From the IMG/VR virus record IMGVR_UViG_3300045988_118131: 64,000 nt of DNA; one strand, written 5' to 3'. The position numbers were made by a program, and so were the translations under genes. The notes below the pieces were generated by a model, which was given only the letters and a program-made list of their open reading frames with translations, did not search any database and was not told the DNA's origin. Source of the DNA: a virus. This document shows positions 36,261 through 48,736 of this stretch, piece after piece. Within the stretch, counting starts at the first letter, position 1, and the number at the start of each line of letters is the position of its first letter.

Positions 36261-36830
36261 CTAATCTTTTTTGTTTTCTGGAGAGTCTACGTACTCAGGT
36301 TCGTTTGAATCTTGTATATCTAGAAATTTAAACATCTTTTTTCCTAAGGCTCTAAAGTGTTTATCATCCTTAGATGCATCTGCCTTTTTAGCCATTTTTA
36401 TTAGAGCTACAGTATTCTTTCTACTGAATATTCTAGCTCCATTTTCTAACTCATATTGTATAGACCCATCTGGAGCTATAACCTTCAGGTTAGAATCATC
36501 ACTATCTAATTCTAATTCGTCTCCTTCTTCTATTCCGGAGTTTACGTTAACTTCTAAAACATACTTTACATTATCTTCTTTAGCTATATCTAAATTTCCA
36601 GGCTCACCTTGATATATTGAAATGACCTCTCCGTCCTGATCTATAAAGATAATATCTAGAGGAATAAGGGTGTCCTTCATTCAGAATCCTACTGTTTTAG
36701 GTTCATCGTATATAAATAACATTCCTTCATCATCCTCTAACTTAGAAACACCCTGTAGACCTTTCAACTTGTCCTCTTCAGATTCTACTAGTCTTACGTT
36801 ATATTCTTTGTCTCCTATTTCTATTTTCAT
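36261..36830 (-). CDS. DUF192 family protein (189 aa) with TGA-encoded Trp
   Basis: From the ATG at 36828: MKIEIGDKEYNVRLVESEEDKLKGLQGVSKLEDDEGMLFIYDEPKTVGF[TGA]MKDTLIPLDIIFIDQDG... The TGA at 36681-36683 occupies the W of the family motif FWMKNT..PLDIIF. Confidence 0.8.
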
Positions 36831-38383
36831 TACTCTACCTCATTTAAAAGTCCTGTATTATCCTGTGTATTATATAATATCTCTTGAACTAGTAATTTTC
36901 CTGCTTCTATAGCTATTGCGTCTTTTTCTTTAGATGAAGATTCATCATCAGAATATTTGTCTCTAAGTTTTTCTAATTTTTCAGTAATCTCCCTTGTAAA
37001 AATAATTTCATTCTTCTCTATTTCAGCAACTTGTTTTATTCCATTTTCCCCTTCTACGATTACTGGAATACCTTTTTTTGTTATTTTTCCATCTAATTCT
37101 GGAGCATCTATATTATGCTTTCTAGCATGTAAAGCGCCTTCAGGAATTATATTAACTTTACCTCCTTTTTCAAATTTTTCAAAGAATTTAGGTCAGCCTT
37201 TCTTATATTCTTTGGCGAATATAATGGCTTCTTCTGGAGTCATTTTTAAATAGTTTCCTGTTTCTATAGCTCTATTTATAGCATCTTTGTGATTAAAGAA
37301 TTTAAGTTCTCCATCAACTTCCTGAATACGAGGAATAACATATTCTCCAGCTGATTCTAAATAATGACTACCTTTAGCTGTATTTCCATCATCGTCAACA
37401 AATTCAATTCCTCTTGGAGCTTCTGATAATCTTTGAATAAATCTTGGATTACTTTTTTTAGCAAAATTTATAAGTTCCTCTATAGAACGAGGTTTACCTC
37501 CTTGCTGAAGTTTTTTTGGAGATTCTTCTTTTAAATGGTTAAGAACTTTATGTGCAAACGATAAATCATAAGACATCTTAGCTCCAGACTTTCCAAATCT
37601 AATTCCATTATTTTGTTGTCAACCTCCAGACATGTTTAGATTATATCTATTTGCTAAGTTTTGTATCGAGCCGGCTGCTGCTTCTTGATCTGTTTTTGCT
37701 GATTTAAGAATACCTTCAGATTTAGTCCTTTGCTGCTCTCTTTCCGCTACTTTTTTGGCATATCTTTTACCTGCTCCAATACCAAATAGTCCAAACTTTT
37801 TAGAATCTAACTTATCTAGTCCTCCATATGAAGAAGAACTATCAGTCAATTCTTTAGCTGTATTACCTTTAACGTTCGGACCTATTGAAGTAATCAATGT
37901 ACCAAGAACTTTGGCGCCTGCTCCCACTAAACCACCTACTGGTCCAAATGCGGAGGCTATATCTCCTATAGTATCCATCGCTTGACCAGTTATTTGACTT
38001 CCTTTGTCTTCTGCCTGTGGAGTTAAAGATTTTATTACTCCAGTAGCTATATTTGTTCCTGATAGTAGTCCTGCCCCACTTTTCTTTAGAAATCCACTTA
38101 GATTTCCTATTTTATTAGCACTAGCTGTAGTAGAAGTTTTCCCGAAAGAATCTACCTGTGCCTTGATCTGTTCAGGAGTAGCCATTCCTGGTATTGGGTT
38201 ATTCAAATAAGATCGTTTTCTATTAATATTATCCACAATCCCTTGACCGTAATTCTTAAATTGGTTAGCAAAATCTAAAGATGCTGGCACAGTATAAGCT
38301 AATGGAGCAGGATTTCCAGAAAGTGTTGTAATTTGATTAAAGGGAGGAATTCCTCCTCCCTGTAATTTTTTAATTTTATGCAT
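36830..38383 (-). CDS. hypothetical virion protein (517 aa with TGA as sense)
   Basis: ORFs 37619..38383 and 37193..37576 are in one frame, and the open frame continues to TAA at 36830. TGA at 37619 and 37193. The N-terminus is MHKIKKLQGGG. The terminal TAA overlaps the DUF192 ATG. Confidence 0.6.
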
Positions 38384-41300
38384 AACTTATAGAATATATA
38401 GTTCTTAAAGCTGAAATTATAGCTTTATCTTCTCCACTATATCTAACTTTAATCCTAATATACTTATCTCTAATTCTTGTTTCTTTTCTAGAAGTTCAAC
38501 CATCTAAAGGTAATGTCACATCCGTAATATCGTATTGACTAGGAAGATCCTCTGAGCTTATTTCATCCTTTTCTATATCATTTGGAATATTGTTTAATAT
38601 AATCTGTGGAACTTTATTCCACTTAGACTCATTCTTTTGAACATAGTTTATAGGGCGTATTTCAACTTCTCATATGTCTTCTTTATATTGCATATTACCT
38701 CTCAGTCTTCCAACTTCTGTTAAATCAGCTCCCTTGCAATGAGTAACTAAAGAATATTCTCCTAAATTGTCATCATAAACTACTTCCGTTCCTGTCATAT
38801 TCTGATAGTCTTTATTAAAAGCTGATTGCTTTTGCTGATAATTATCATAAATCTTATCAAAAGTATCAATTCTTTCATAATACCACGGAAATAGAGTAGA
38901 TGGAGATTTTTGATCTAATTTAGTATCAGTATAATTTCTATTAAATATAATATCTGAACCTAAATTTTGATATAGTTCTTTTGTAGCCTCTTGTCTATAA
39001 TATATATTAGGTTTATCTTTAGCAAATCCATATACCTCTCCAACTATTTGATAATGGAAAGATTCTGGTTTAACCTTGTTAGATATTATGTTTAAATTTT
39101 CAAATATCTTATGTATTCCCGGATTGTCATTTACTATAAACTCAAATTCAAATGGATGTTGTTTTCCATACCAGAAACAAGGTTTCAATTTTTCTTGAAC
39201 ATCTATGATTCCAGCTTTTCCATGTTTCCAAAAATCTGTAGTAAGATTAATTAATCTTCCAGACTCATCTGTTGCATTGACAAAACTAGAGTCTACTACA
39301 GCTATAGTATCGCTAAATTGACCTCTATTTACAGTTATATATTCCTTCCAGCCATTTAAATGCTGAGACAGATTTGGATCTTTAGAAACTTCTTCTGAAT
39401 TTAAATCACAGTAAATGTCTAAGTATATTACTTTATCTCTCGGATAATCCTCTTTAGCATATAGTTTATTATCTTCTATGTAGAAATATTTAGAGAATAT
39501 ATTCTTCTGTAGGGAGAACTTAAACAGTAAATTAGAATCTACTTTAGTAGAAGTATTTAGAATATTATCCTTTAAAACTCTGTTAATAATGTTTAGATTT
39601 CCTACAAATCCAGGGGATTGTATCATAACATTATCTAATACTATTCCATCTCCAGACATTTCTGAGTCTATACTACTTATAGAATATTGTTCGCCAGTCA
39701 TTCCTAGTTTAGCAATGGCTTTGGAAGTATCTCTATTAAAACTAAAGAATATATTATCTATGTTTCCAGAGTATGAAGGAACCCAAGAATACTGAGTTAC
39801 CCATTTTCCTAATACTTCACTAAAACATATATTCCATACGTTCTCTTCTATTCCATATAAATTGTCATAGAATGTAAACATTACATCTTGTTTATAAGCA
39901 TTGTAATGAGTTTTTACATTTCTAATTCCTATAATTGGAGTTTTCTCTCTTTCCTTTAGAGTAATATTGTCATTTAAATACCTTTGTATTTTAAAATCAG
40001 AAATAACTTCAAAGGTTTCTCCATTAGTTCTCCATATTTTCTTAGCAACAGTATCTACTCCATACATGAAATTTGGAGTAAGTATCACGCTCTCTGGTCA
40101 CATACTTCCATAATTAGTAGATAGCATTCTAGGATTCAGTGGCAGAACATTAGCTGTATTAATAAAGGCTGGGCCTCCAGCACCTTCTCCAGATACTACT
40201 CTTTCATTTACTGGAATCAAAGCAACTCCATGTTCAAATACACACAATATATTTCCAGAGAAAGATTTAAGACTTACTATAGAACCGTGCTCTCTAGTGT
40301 AATCTTGAAATTGAGTAGATTTAAATACCCTATATCCATTTTTAAATGCATCATTTACAAATATGTCAGAATATAGTATTCTATTATCAAATTCATTTTT
40401 TAGATATGGAACATTAGGCATTACATAATTGTATCTATATGACAATGTACTTGCCTGCCCAGAGTTATATAAACTAGATTCTGGAATTTTAGATTCTCCT
40501 GTTCAACTTAATTCATATAATGGATGGAAAGCTCTAGGTCTCCCTGTTAATCCCAACTCATTATAATAATTATTATCAACGTCTCTTAAACTAAGATTTA
40601 TATTTGCTAAACATTTGAAAGTTGCTCAGTGTCCTATTTCTACAGCATTAACATCTCCTCTATTTATATCTCCATTCTTTTCATTGTCGTCTATACTATA
40701 ATTTTCTTTTCATGTAGTTTCATCTACTATAAGGTCATTGACTGGAGCTTCTGGGTCTTGGAAATTACGTTGCATTCTGTGAGTAAAGTTTCCAATATAG
40801 CAATCTCCTCTATAACATACAATATTTCCTACTGTTCTATCAGATAAATCTACACGCTCACTAATAGCAATAAATGGAGTTTCATCAGTGAACCTTATTC
40901 TAAAATACTGATCCATTCTGGAGTCATTGTATTCAGGAACTCTAATATTTATAATATTATTGTATCCATTGAAATCCTCTATTCCAATATAAGTTCCAAA
41001 ATTACCTCTCACAACATTAGTTGCAGCAGTATCTAAAGAGTCCTTACTCATATAAGAAAGCCTCCAAGCTTCTTCCCCCTCTCCAGCTCTAGCAGAGAAC
41101 TTCTGTGTACCAGAAGTAGTCATTTTTGTACCATCCTCTACTAAAGTTATTCTAATTCCTTGAATAGCTTTTATCTGCTCACCTAAATCTCGATATTTAT
41201 TAATGTAAAAATGACGCTGATCAAAATCTTGAGCTGATAGATTTTCAGATGGCTGATTTGGAGCTTTAGTTATTGTAAACTCACTTCCAGTAAATAACTG

Positions 41301-42947
41301 ATTAAAGAATGGAAGTTTTAATTCTGCTTCTGGACATATGGCAGCCTCAGTTCTAACATTACTAGATAATAGAATACGTTTATTAAAATCATGGGTTAAT
41401 AATCTATTAGAATCTATAAAAGATTCTACAAAACCTTGACCCTTTTTATATTCTATACAAGGCAAATGAGAATTTTGGTCTAGATATACAGTAAGTGCCT
41501 GAGCTAGGATAGTAGGGATTCTCTTTTGTCTTACAATAAAAAATCCTCTACAATATTTTTTTAGCTCTTCTAGAACATCCAAGTTAAATTTAAATTCTAT
41601 ACCTATTGGGTTAATAGAATCTGAGTGTATAGGATTAATGTTTTCATCAATTCTAACAGTTCCCTTTACATTTTCTAAGGTATCACCATTTAAAAGGAAT
41701 GTATCTTCATTAATTTCAATATAGTTTCTAGCTCCATTTTCATATAGAGGGATATCTGTAAAATTATTTTCTATATTTAAATTATTTATTCCTCTGGTAT
41801 CAAAAGCTGGAGATAGTGAATAATCTTTCATTATAAAGACTGCAGAAAATCTATATATTTCTCCAGGTCAGTATCCTAGTTTATAATATATATTTCAAGG
41901 ATTGTAATATTCATATAAATTAGTTTTATCTTTATATTCATAATCAACATATCCTATAGAGTCTCCATTGTAAACATGTGGAATAAATCTTAATGCTAAG
42001 TCTCTTAATTCTTTGTAGGGAATTTCAGGTCTAGATAGATTTCCTAAAAATAACCTATTTTGGCACTGAGCTTGGGTTTTAACCGTACTTGCCAAAAAGT
42101 ATTGAGCATTTATGTCTTCTAAGTTAATATCTATTTCAGGATCGTATCCAGATAATACTATTTCACATGATGAAGATTTAATAACAAAATCTCTGTCTAT
42201 TTTTACAGCTTTAGTTACTAAAACGCCATCGGGACCAGACGTAGTTCTAGTATAATATACTTTTACATAGTCGTAAGCTGTATCTATATTAGTAACCCTT
42301 AACTTTATTAATTTATTACTATTCTCGTCCATTAAACCTCCTCTAATAGAAGTAGGAGAATTGACAGACCCAATATAGCAACAAACGGTTCCAGATTCTG
42401 CTATGAAATCAGTTTCATTTCCATCTACATCAGAAAGAGTAAAATAGAAGTTATAATTTCCAACCTTATTTACACCTCCAGATTCTACCCCCTCAAATAT
42501 AACTTGAGGTATTTTGGTAATTCTTTTGTATAAAGATGTATCTAATTCAAACTGAACTGGATCATTTCTATATATATTAGTATTATTATTTTTATATCTT
42601 TCTATTATCTTGTATGTATTGTTTTCCAGACAAGTAAATCTGGAGTTTATCATCTTAGGAGTATTTACATCATCGTTCAATATTAAATTCACAGTTCCAT
42701 CATATGACGGTTGACATTCAATATTTACTGGATGATGTAAACTAAATTGAAGAAGATTAGTATCAAAATCTACCAATTCTCCTTTTATATGGTCTGAGCT
42801 ACTTTCAACTACTCTTAAATTTCTAAATGGGTTATATTCATAGGCTAAGTTTCCCTCTTGATTTAATTTATTAAACTTTACCTTAAATACCTGACTGAAA
42901 TTTATAGAAGTAGTAGAAATTGCTACTCCAGATTGTACAACTCTCAT
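38376..42947 (-). CDS. very large tail-module structural protein (1523 aa with TGA as sense)
   Basis: ORFs 41895..42947, 40710..41831, 40098..40445 and 38670..40088 share a frame. The breaks are only TGA (41895, 41868, 40710, 40626, 40503, 40098, 38670, 38496). The function is inferred from size and position only. Confidence 0.6.
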
Positions 42948-42948
42948 A

Positions 42949-45900
42949 TTATTGCCAAGCTTTTAATTTTGGATAAATTGTTGCACTTAAGTCTATATCA
43001 AATGCAGACCTATCTTGTTTTATACCAGTTTTGTTTCTAACATTATGGGTTGCAGCAGAATTTATGTATATTAAAGGTCTAGAAGATTTAGCAGTTCTTC
43101 TAATTTTAAAGAAATCAGATTTAACAGACATAGTTTCACCATCAGGATATGTAAATTTCCCATCAAATGGAATATATTTTCCATTGGAATGTACATATAT
43201 AGTGTCTTCTTTATATGGCGATTCAGATAGATTGCCTTCCGGATCTACTGTTATAGATTCAAGCTCCTCTGCAGATGAGGCTTTACTAAAAGCAGAATAC
43301 CATTTTTCCATTGATACTGTAGATCCTAAACTATAACTTATAGTATAATCTAAATCATTAACAGTTTTTATATTAGTATGTATGATTAAATTATTATCTA
43401 GAGAATCTCCAATATCAGTATATTGAGGTAATAATCTAGCTATCTCTGCTTTAACATCTGTAGGATTAAAATTAATTTTAGTATTTCCGTTACTATAAGT
43501 TATTAGATTACGAGGAATGTCTTTTCTATTGTATTCATATGTATTTAATATAATACCGTATTTATATATAATTTTAAAATCCTCATTGAAAGTTCCGTGA
43601 TAAACTATAGTATCAGAATTTGGAACTTTAATATTGTTTACAGTGACTTTACTACTTTCTAATGTATACAGATTATGAAGCAGATTATAAATAATATCGG
43701 TAGTAGTTAATCTATTAACTTTTCCTTGTTGGGGATATTCATAGATACAATTTTCTACCTCAAACTTATTTACATTTATGCCATGATCATTATATCTCCA
43801 AGCTATAACTCCTCCTAAATTTATAACTCTAAAACTATAATCACTAATTTTTCAAGCTACTAATAAAGCATCAGCTCTAGCGTGAGTACTAGGATCATCC
43901 TCTCTATATACTTGCCAACTAGGATTAAGAGACTTTCCCTTAATAAACCAACCATCATCCATATCATATCCAGTAGAATCTATTGTAACATATACTATAG
44001 GATGCTTTAATTGAAAATTATTATAACTATTTATTTTTTCATTATTACAAGCACTATCTAGATCTTTTGACAATTTCTCTGCATCACCTGTAGGAGGAAG
44101 TCCAGGATCTCCTGTAAGTTCAGTATAATAAAATCCATAATCATTATGTCTTTGAAAAGGTAGAGCTCCATTATATTCTACATGGTCATGGTTTCCAGAA
44201 GTCATAATATTTGGAGAACCTACAACGCTAGCAGAAATATATTCACTCAAATCAGCAGTATCTCTAACAACTCTAGTCAATTGCATAGCTTCTAGTTCTG
44301 TAGACTGTTCTGCCACCCCAGTAGCCATAATTCCTCTTCTAATATAACCATTTATATGGGTAGAATATGTATTATCCTGTAATTCAAGTTTTGTTTCTTC
44401 TATATTACCTCTCCAGTTTTCTCCAAATTCAGCTTTCATTGCATTTTCTAATGCATCTTTATTTTCTATAGAAGATCCTAAGTACTGAGGAGAATCTTTT
44501 ACAGTATACGAATAAGTGTCATTCATTTTTATTACTAATCCATAGTCTTCATCATTTTCATTTATAGTAGCTTTCCAATTTAGTTCTCCAAATTGATTAT
44601 CATCAACTAAAGTTGGAATTAATTTAAATGTACCACTAACACTATAGATAGTAGATGCTCCAGCATATACTTTATCTCCTTCTTTTATTTGACTCATAAT
44701 TTTGCTCATATTAGGAGTAGGCAATGGAGTAACTTCAGCATTTTCTAAGTTAGTTTCTATTTCGTAATCTATAGTAACTGGATAATTCAGTTCAGCAAAA
44801 TCCTTAGTTTCATACTTAATGAAGTTTTCGTTAAATACTCCAGTTGTAAATACCATTTTGTAATATCTCTTTGGACTAACTTTACCTCCAGACCTATTTA
44901 CAAAATTTATATCAATAACTACAAAGTAAAAATGATCTTTCTTTAACCCGTATACTGTTTTACTATTTATAAATGGTATTTTTTCAGAAAAATTACCGTT
45001 ATAGTTATCTTTTGATCCACAAGTATAATACTCATGTGTTCCATCAGGAGCTGCAAATTTAACTGGAGCCAATCTAGGTTCCATCATATCATGAAAAGTA
45101 AATTTTACTTCGCTTACTTTTAAGAACTTTATAACATCAAAATCAAGCCCCCAGTTTACTTTTAAGTAATCTCTATCAGCATAATATCTCCACTCAGTTA
45201 GCTCGCAGAAACCAGTTCCTAAAGCACTAAAATCAATAATTCCAGATACAGCAAATGATGATAATTCTCCATATTTACAAATAGGAATTATTTTGTAGTC
45301 TAGAATATCAGTTTTCCTTAAATCAGCCAATTCTATATACAACCCAGGAGTAGTAGAGTATATTGGGTTATTGTTTAAGTTAGAGGTTAATTTAAACTGT
45401 TCAGCATGAATATTAGATTCTGTAGTATAACTTCCCTGAAAGGATAACCCAAATTCTGGATTAGTATTGGAGATACTATCCCCCTGCCCATCTACTGAGA
45501 GCAGTTTTATATCCCTAGAAATGTTAAACGTGTCAATAGTTAATAGTTCTACTATTATAGTTAAATATCCAGATGTCTTACTTGTAAATACTTGTCATTT
45601 AGTACTAGTTTCGATATCGTTTGTATCTATAATATAAGGGCTTTCTAAATCCTCTTCTATGTATGTTATATTGTTTTCTTTGTCTACTATACCTATATGT
45701 ATCTTTAAAATTCCTTCATAAGTACCTGAAAAATACTTAGATATACCAGAGGAAGTAATTATAAACTTATCTCCTGGATTAAGTCTATATAAATTTTTCT
45801 TGTTTTCGTCATATATATCTAGTCTGATATATGCATTGCTAGTATTTATGTTTGTGCTAGTAGCAAAGTTTCTGCCTAGTTCTTCAGTACTTATTTGTCT

Positions 45901-46188
45901 TTCGGGTGAAGGAAAGCTTCCTAATTGACTTTTACCAGTCAAAGGATTGTATGAAGCCACATATATAATACCTCCATACTCAGTCATTCCGACTGGAATA
46001 TATCCAGAAGGTAATCTAGCTGTCTCTACTCGTCCATTTCCTACATCATTTTGAAGAATAAACTCATTTCCATCATAAGTTACCAACGTTGCATTTAGAG
46101 CATCTGTAAGTACATTAGCTGGAGTATTAAGCGGATGTAGATCTTTTACAAGCCCTTCTGTAAACGTATTCACTGTCTCTTTTCTCAT
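42949..46188 (-). CDS. large tail-module structural protein (1079 aa with TGA as sense)
   Basis: ORFs 45595..46188, 43852..45342 and 42949..43311 are in one frame, with TGA at 45595 and 43852. The stretch 43312-43851 is open in that frame but has no start codon, which explains why it is missing from the track. Confidence 0.6.
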
Positions 46189-46194
46189 ATTTCT

Positions 46195-47322
46195 TTACCT
46201 ATTTATTGTTTTAAACCCATTAGATTCTAATTCTCCTAAGTATTCTGCTTTATCTGTTCTAAAGTCTTTTTTCAAGTATCTATAACCTAAGTCAGTTCCA
46301 GTAGGGATTTTAAAAAAATATTTTTTATTATACTCAGCTACTTTACATTCTTTAAATATTTTATATAACATAATAGTATTATCAAACGTAAAGTATTTTC
46401 TCTTTCTCCCTTTAGATTTTTGTTGAGATAGGTAATTTTGATATTGATTATCTGATAAAGCAAAATAATAGTACCCATCTCATTGAGTTTTAGCCCTGTT
46501 ATACAGCACTCTAATCTTTACTATCATTTTTTTTACATAGTATTGGAAATGCTTAAGAGAATCAAAGGTTAGGTTTCCTATATAAAATAAAAACTTGTTT
46601 TTGGAATCATCCTTTAATATTGTATCTCCTCCATAAACATTATGCAAATATACGGATTTTCACCCATAATTCATAATTCTTTCTATATCTTTTTTTGGAA
46701 CTTCTGGAAATGCCTCAGAAACTTTATCATAGTAGTCTTTAGTAGTCTTAGGAATAGATACATAATATTGAAGTCCTTTGTTAGTATTCTCAGTTATTAA
46801 GTTCCTCATTCACTTACTTATATAAATTGGCTTATGAATATCTCTTTCACTGGCAAAATACATTAGCTCTAAGTGATACCCAGAAAAATTAGATGCAAGA
46901 TAATCGACGTCTAATCACTTACCATTTCTTCTGGCTTTTTTAAAGTCCTCTCCATAAACCCTTTTCATTTGTATGTAACACTCTCTCTGAGTAGGCAGTT
47001 TAAATGTTACATTATTTTCAATAATATCTAATAATATAACCTTAACAGAATAGTAAAATATTCTGATAACTACTGCCCTTCTGTCTAGTGTATTAAATAA
47101 CCTTTTACAATCTTCCCTAGAAATTAACAATTTTTTAAGGGGAAAGTTAGCAAAAAGGTCTTTGCTTGTAAAAGCATATCCAGTAGCAAAATTCATATAT
47201 TTTAAAGTTAGACCATTTAAAAGAAGAAACTCCGAATTAACTCGAAGTTCTCTTTTTAAATGGTTAGTGTATAGGTTTAAATGAAAAATTAAATCTTTTC
47301 CTGTCTCAGCTAGAGTTGGCAT
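46195..47322 (-). CDS. hypothetical structural-module protein (375 aa with TGA as sense)
   Basis: ORF 46915..47322 continues in frame to TAA at 46195 through TGA at 46915, 46810, 46660 and 46480. This region has no track ORF under the standard code. Confidence 0.55.
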
Positions 47323-48001
47323 CTAGAATTTCATTCCATTCATTTTGATTGATGTAGTATGGAACTCTAGCAGCGCTACATAATTTCAGCCATTCTTGAT
47401 AAAGCATTTGGTATTCTTGGAGTATAGCATTATTATGGGATACTAATCCGTCTCTTCTCAATCTAGTCATTGCACAGTATGTAGCTATAGCCAACGCTTC
47501 TTTTTCTGTAATATAAGGTAATCCTTCACTATCTAATACTACTCCTTTGTATAATATATTAATTGTACCATAATCTCTGTCGAAATATAGTTTATCCCCT
47601 ACCCTTTCGTATTTAACATATCTTCCAGAGATGTATAAAGGAGATTGTGTAATTTTTCTAGTTTCTATGTAATTTTCAGTAAACTGAGATGAATAATCCC
47701 CATTTACTGTCTTATTAGTAGTGTATTTTCAATCCTCCCATCCATATGTTACCGCTTCTAATATATCACAATTACATGGAAGTGACATGGAAAATCCTTC
47801 AACCTTTTGTCCACATCCGTTTCTACAGGGAGGAGTATCACAAATTAAATTTGCTGAATATCTATATAATTTAGTAAATTTATTACCTATATGTTTTCAC
47901 GCTATAAGTCCAATTTCTTCAAAGTCTTCAGGAGTTAATTCTACCCCATATAACTGCTTTATCAAAGGATAAGCAGTATAAAATTCATCCATATGTTCCA
48001 T
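47264..48001 (-). CDS. hypothetical structural-module protein (245 aa with TGA as sense)
   Basis: The ATG at 47999-48001 overlaps the upstream TAA. The frame is open through TGA at 47897, 47729 and 47306 to TAA at 47264. It includes track ORF 47306..47494. Confidence 0.5.
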
Positions 48002-48672
48002 TATCTAGCAATTTGATCATTAACAACAGGCATTGGAGCAAGTTGACGATAAAACCTTATCTTTTTCTCTGTAAGTCTTCTTTTAATTTCATTGTTCAAG
48101 AATGATGGATTATCAATATCCTCCGAGTTACAGCAGTTATACTCCATTGCTTGCCTAGGGTCTTTAAAAATAGCTACTACTGATACCATCCTTAATAAGG
48201 GAGCGTTAAAAACAAAACAGTCATACATATTATTTTTATTAGGAGTCATATCTACATATACATACGGTCTATTTTTACCTCTTTTTCTGTATTTGTGTGC
48301 TCTCCAAGAATTTATACTATTATACCATATAAAAGGTAACTGTCTATCTGTTGCTCCAATATATTCTATAGCATCAGTTCCAAAGTCTGCTATCACCTGA
48401 GGAATTTCAAAGTGTGCTACTAATTCATCATCTTCTGATTGAACACAGCATCTGTCTAGAGATTCACAGTCTACTGGGATGCAATTTATAGATAGCATTA
48501 AATCTTTTTTTGGAAGTATTCCCTTCAGTGCATACTCTTTAATAATCTGTAATCTTTCGTCTATAACATCATCCTCTAGCTGATCTAATGATAAAGATAA
48601 ATTAGCTGAATAGCCTCGTAATCCAGCTTGGATATCATTAAATATTGCTGATGCAAGTTTACTATATACCAT
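48001..48672 (-). CDS. hypothetical structural-module protein (223 aa)
   Basis: Track ORF 48001..48711 trimmed to the ATG at 48670-48672. The first 13 track residues are a translation of the upstream terminator hairpin. Confidence 0.55.
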   Translation of the reverse strand: MVYSKLASAIFNDIQAGLRGYSANLSLSLDQLEDDVIDERLQIIKEYALKGILPKKDLMLSINCIPVDCESLDRCCVQSEDDELVAHFEIPQVIADFGTDAIEYIGATDRQLPFIWYNSINSWRAHKYRKRGKNRPYVYVDMTPNKNNMYDCFVFNAPLLRMVSVVAIFKDPRQAMEYNCCNSEDIDNPSFLNNEIKRRLTEKKIRFYRQLAPMPVVNDQIAR

Positions 48673-48679
48673 ATATTTA

Positions 48680-48718
48680 AAATAAAAAAGGCGAAAGGCA
48701 AAAGTGCCCATCGCCTTT
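48680..48718 (-). terminator. Rho-independent terminator after gene 48737..49876
   Basis: On the minus strand, AAAGGCGA...TCGCCTTT (8-bp stem with an inner GGCA/TGCC pair) is followed by TTTTTTATTTT. Confidence 0.75.
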
Positions 48719-48736
48719 ATTTGGTTGATAATTTTA

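Noticed and set aside
36681-36683. TGA could encode Gly (code 25, as in Gracilibacteria or Absconditabacteria phages)
   Set aside because: The DUF192 FWMKNT position and the aromatic position in the DGR VR favour Trp, and the promoter motifs suggest a Bacteroidota host. This is not formally excluded without profile alignments.
48673-48711. N-terminal extension MGTFAFRLFYFKY of ORF 48001..48711
   Set aside because: It is a translation of the terminator hairpin and T-run of the upstream gene. The ATG at 48670-48672 is the plausible start.
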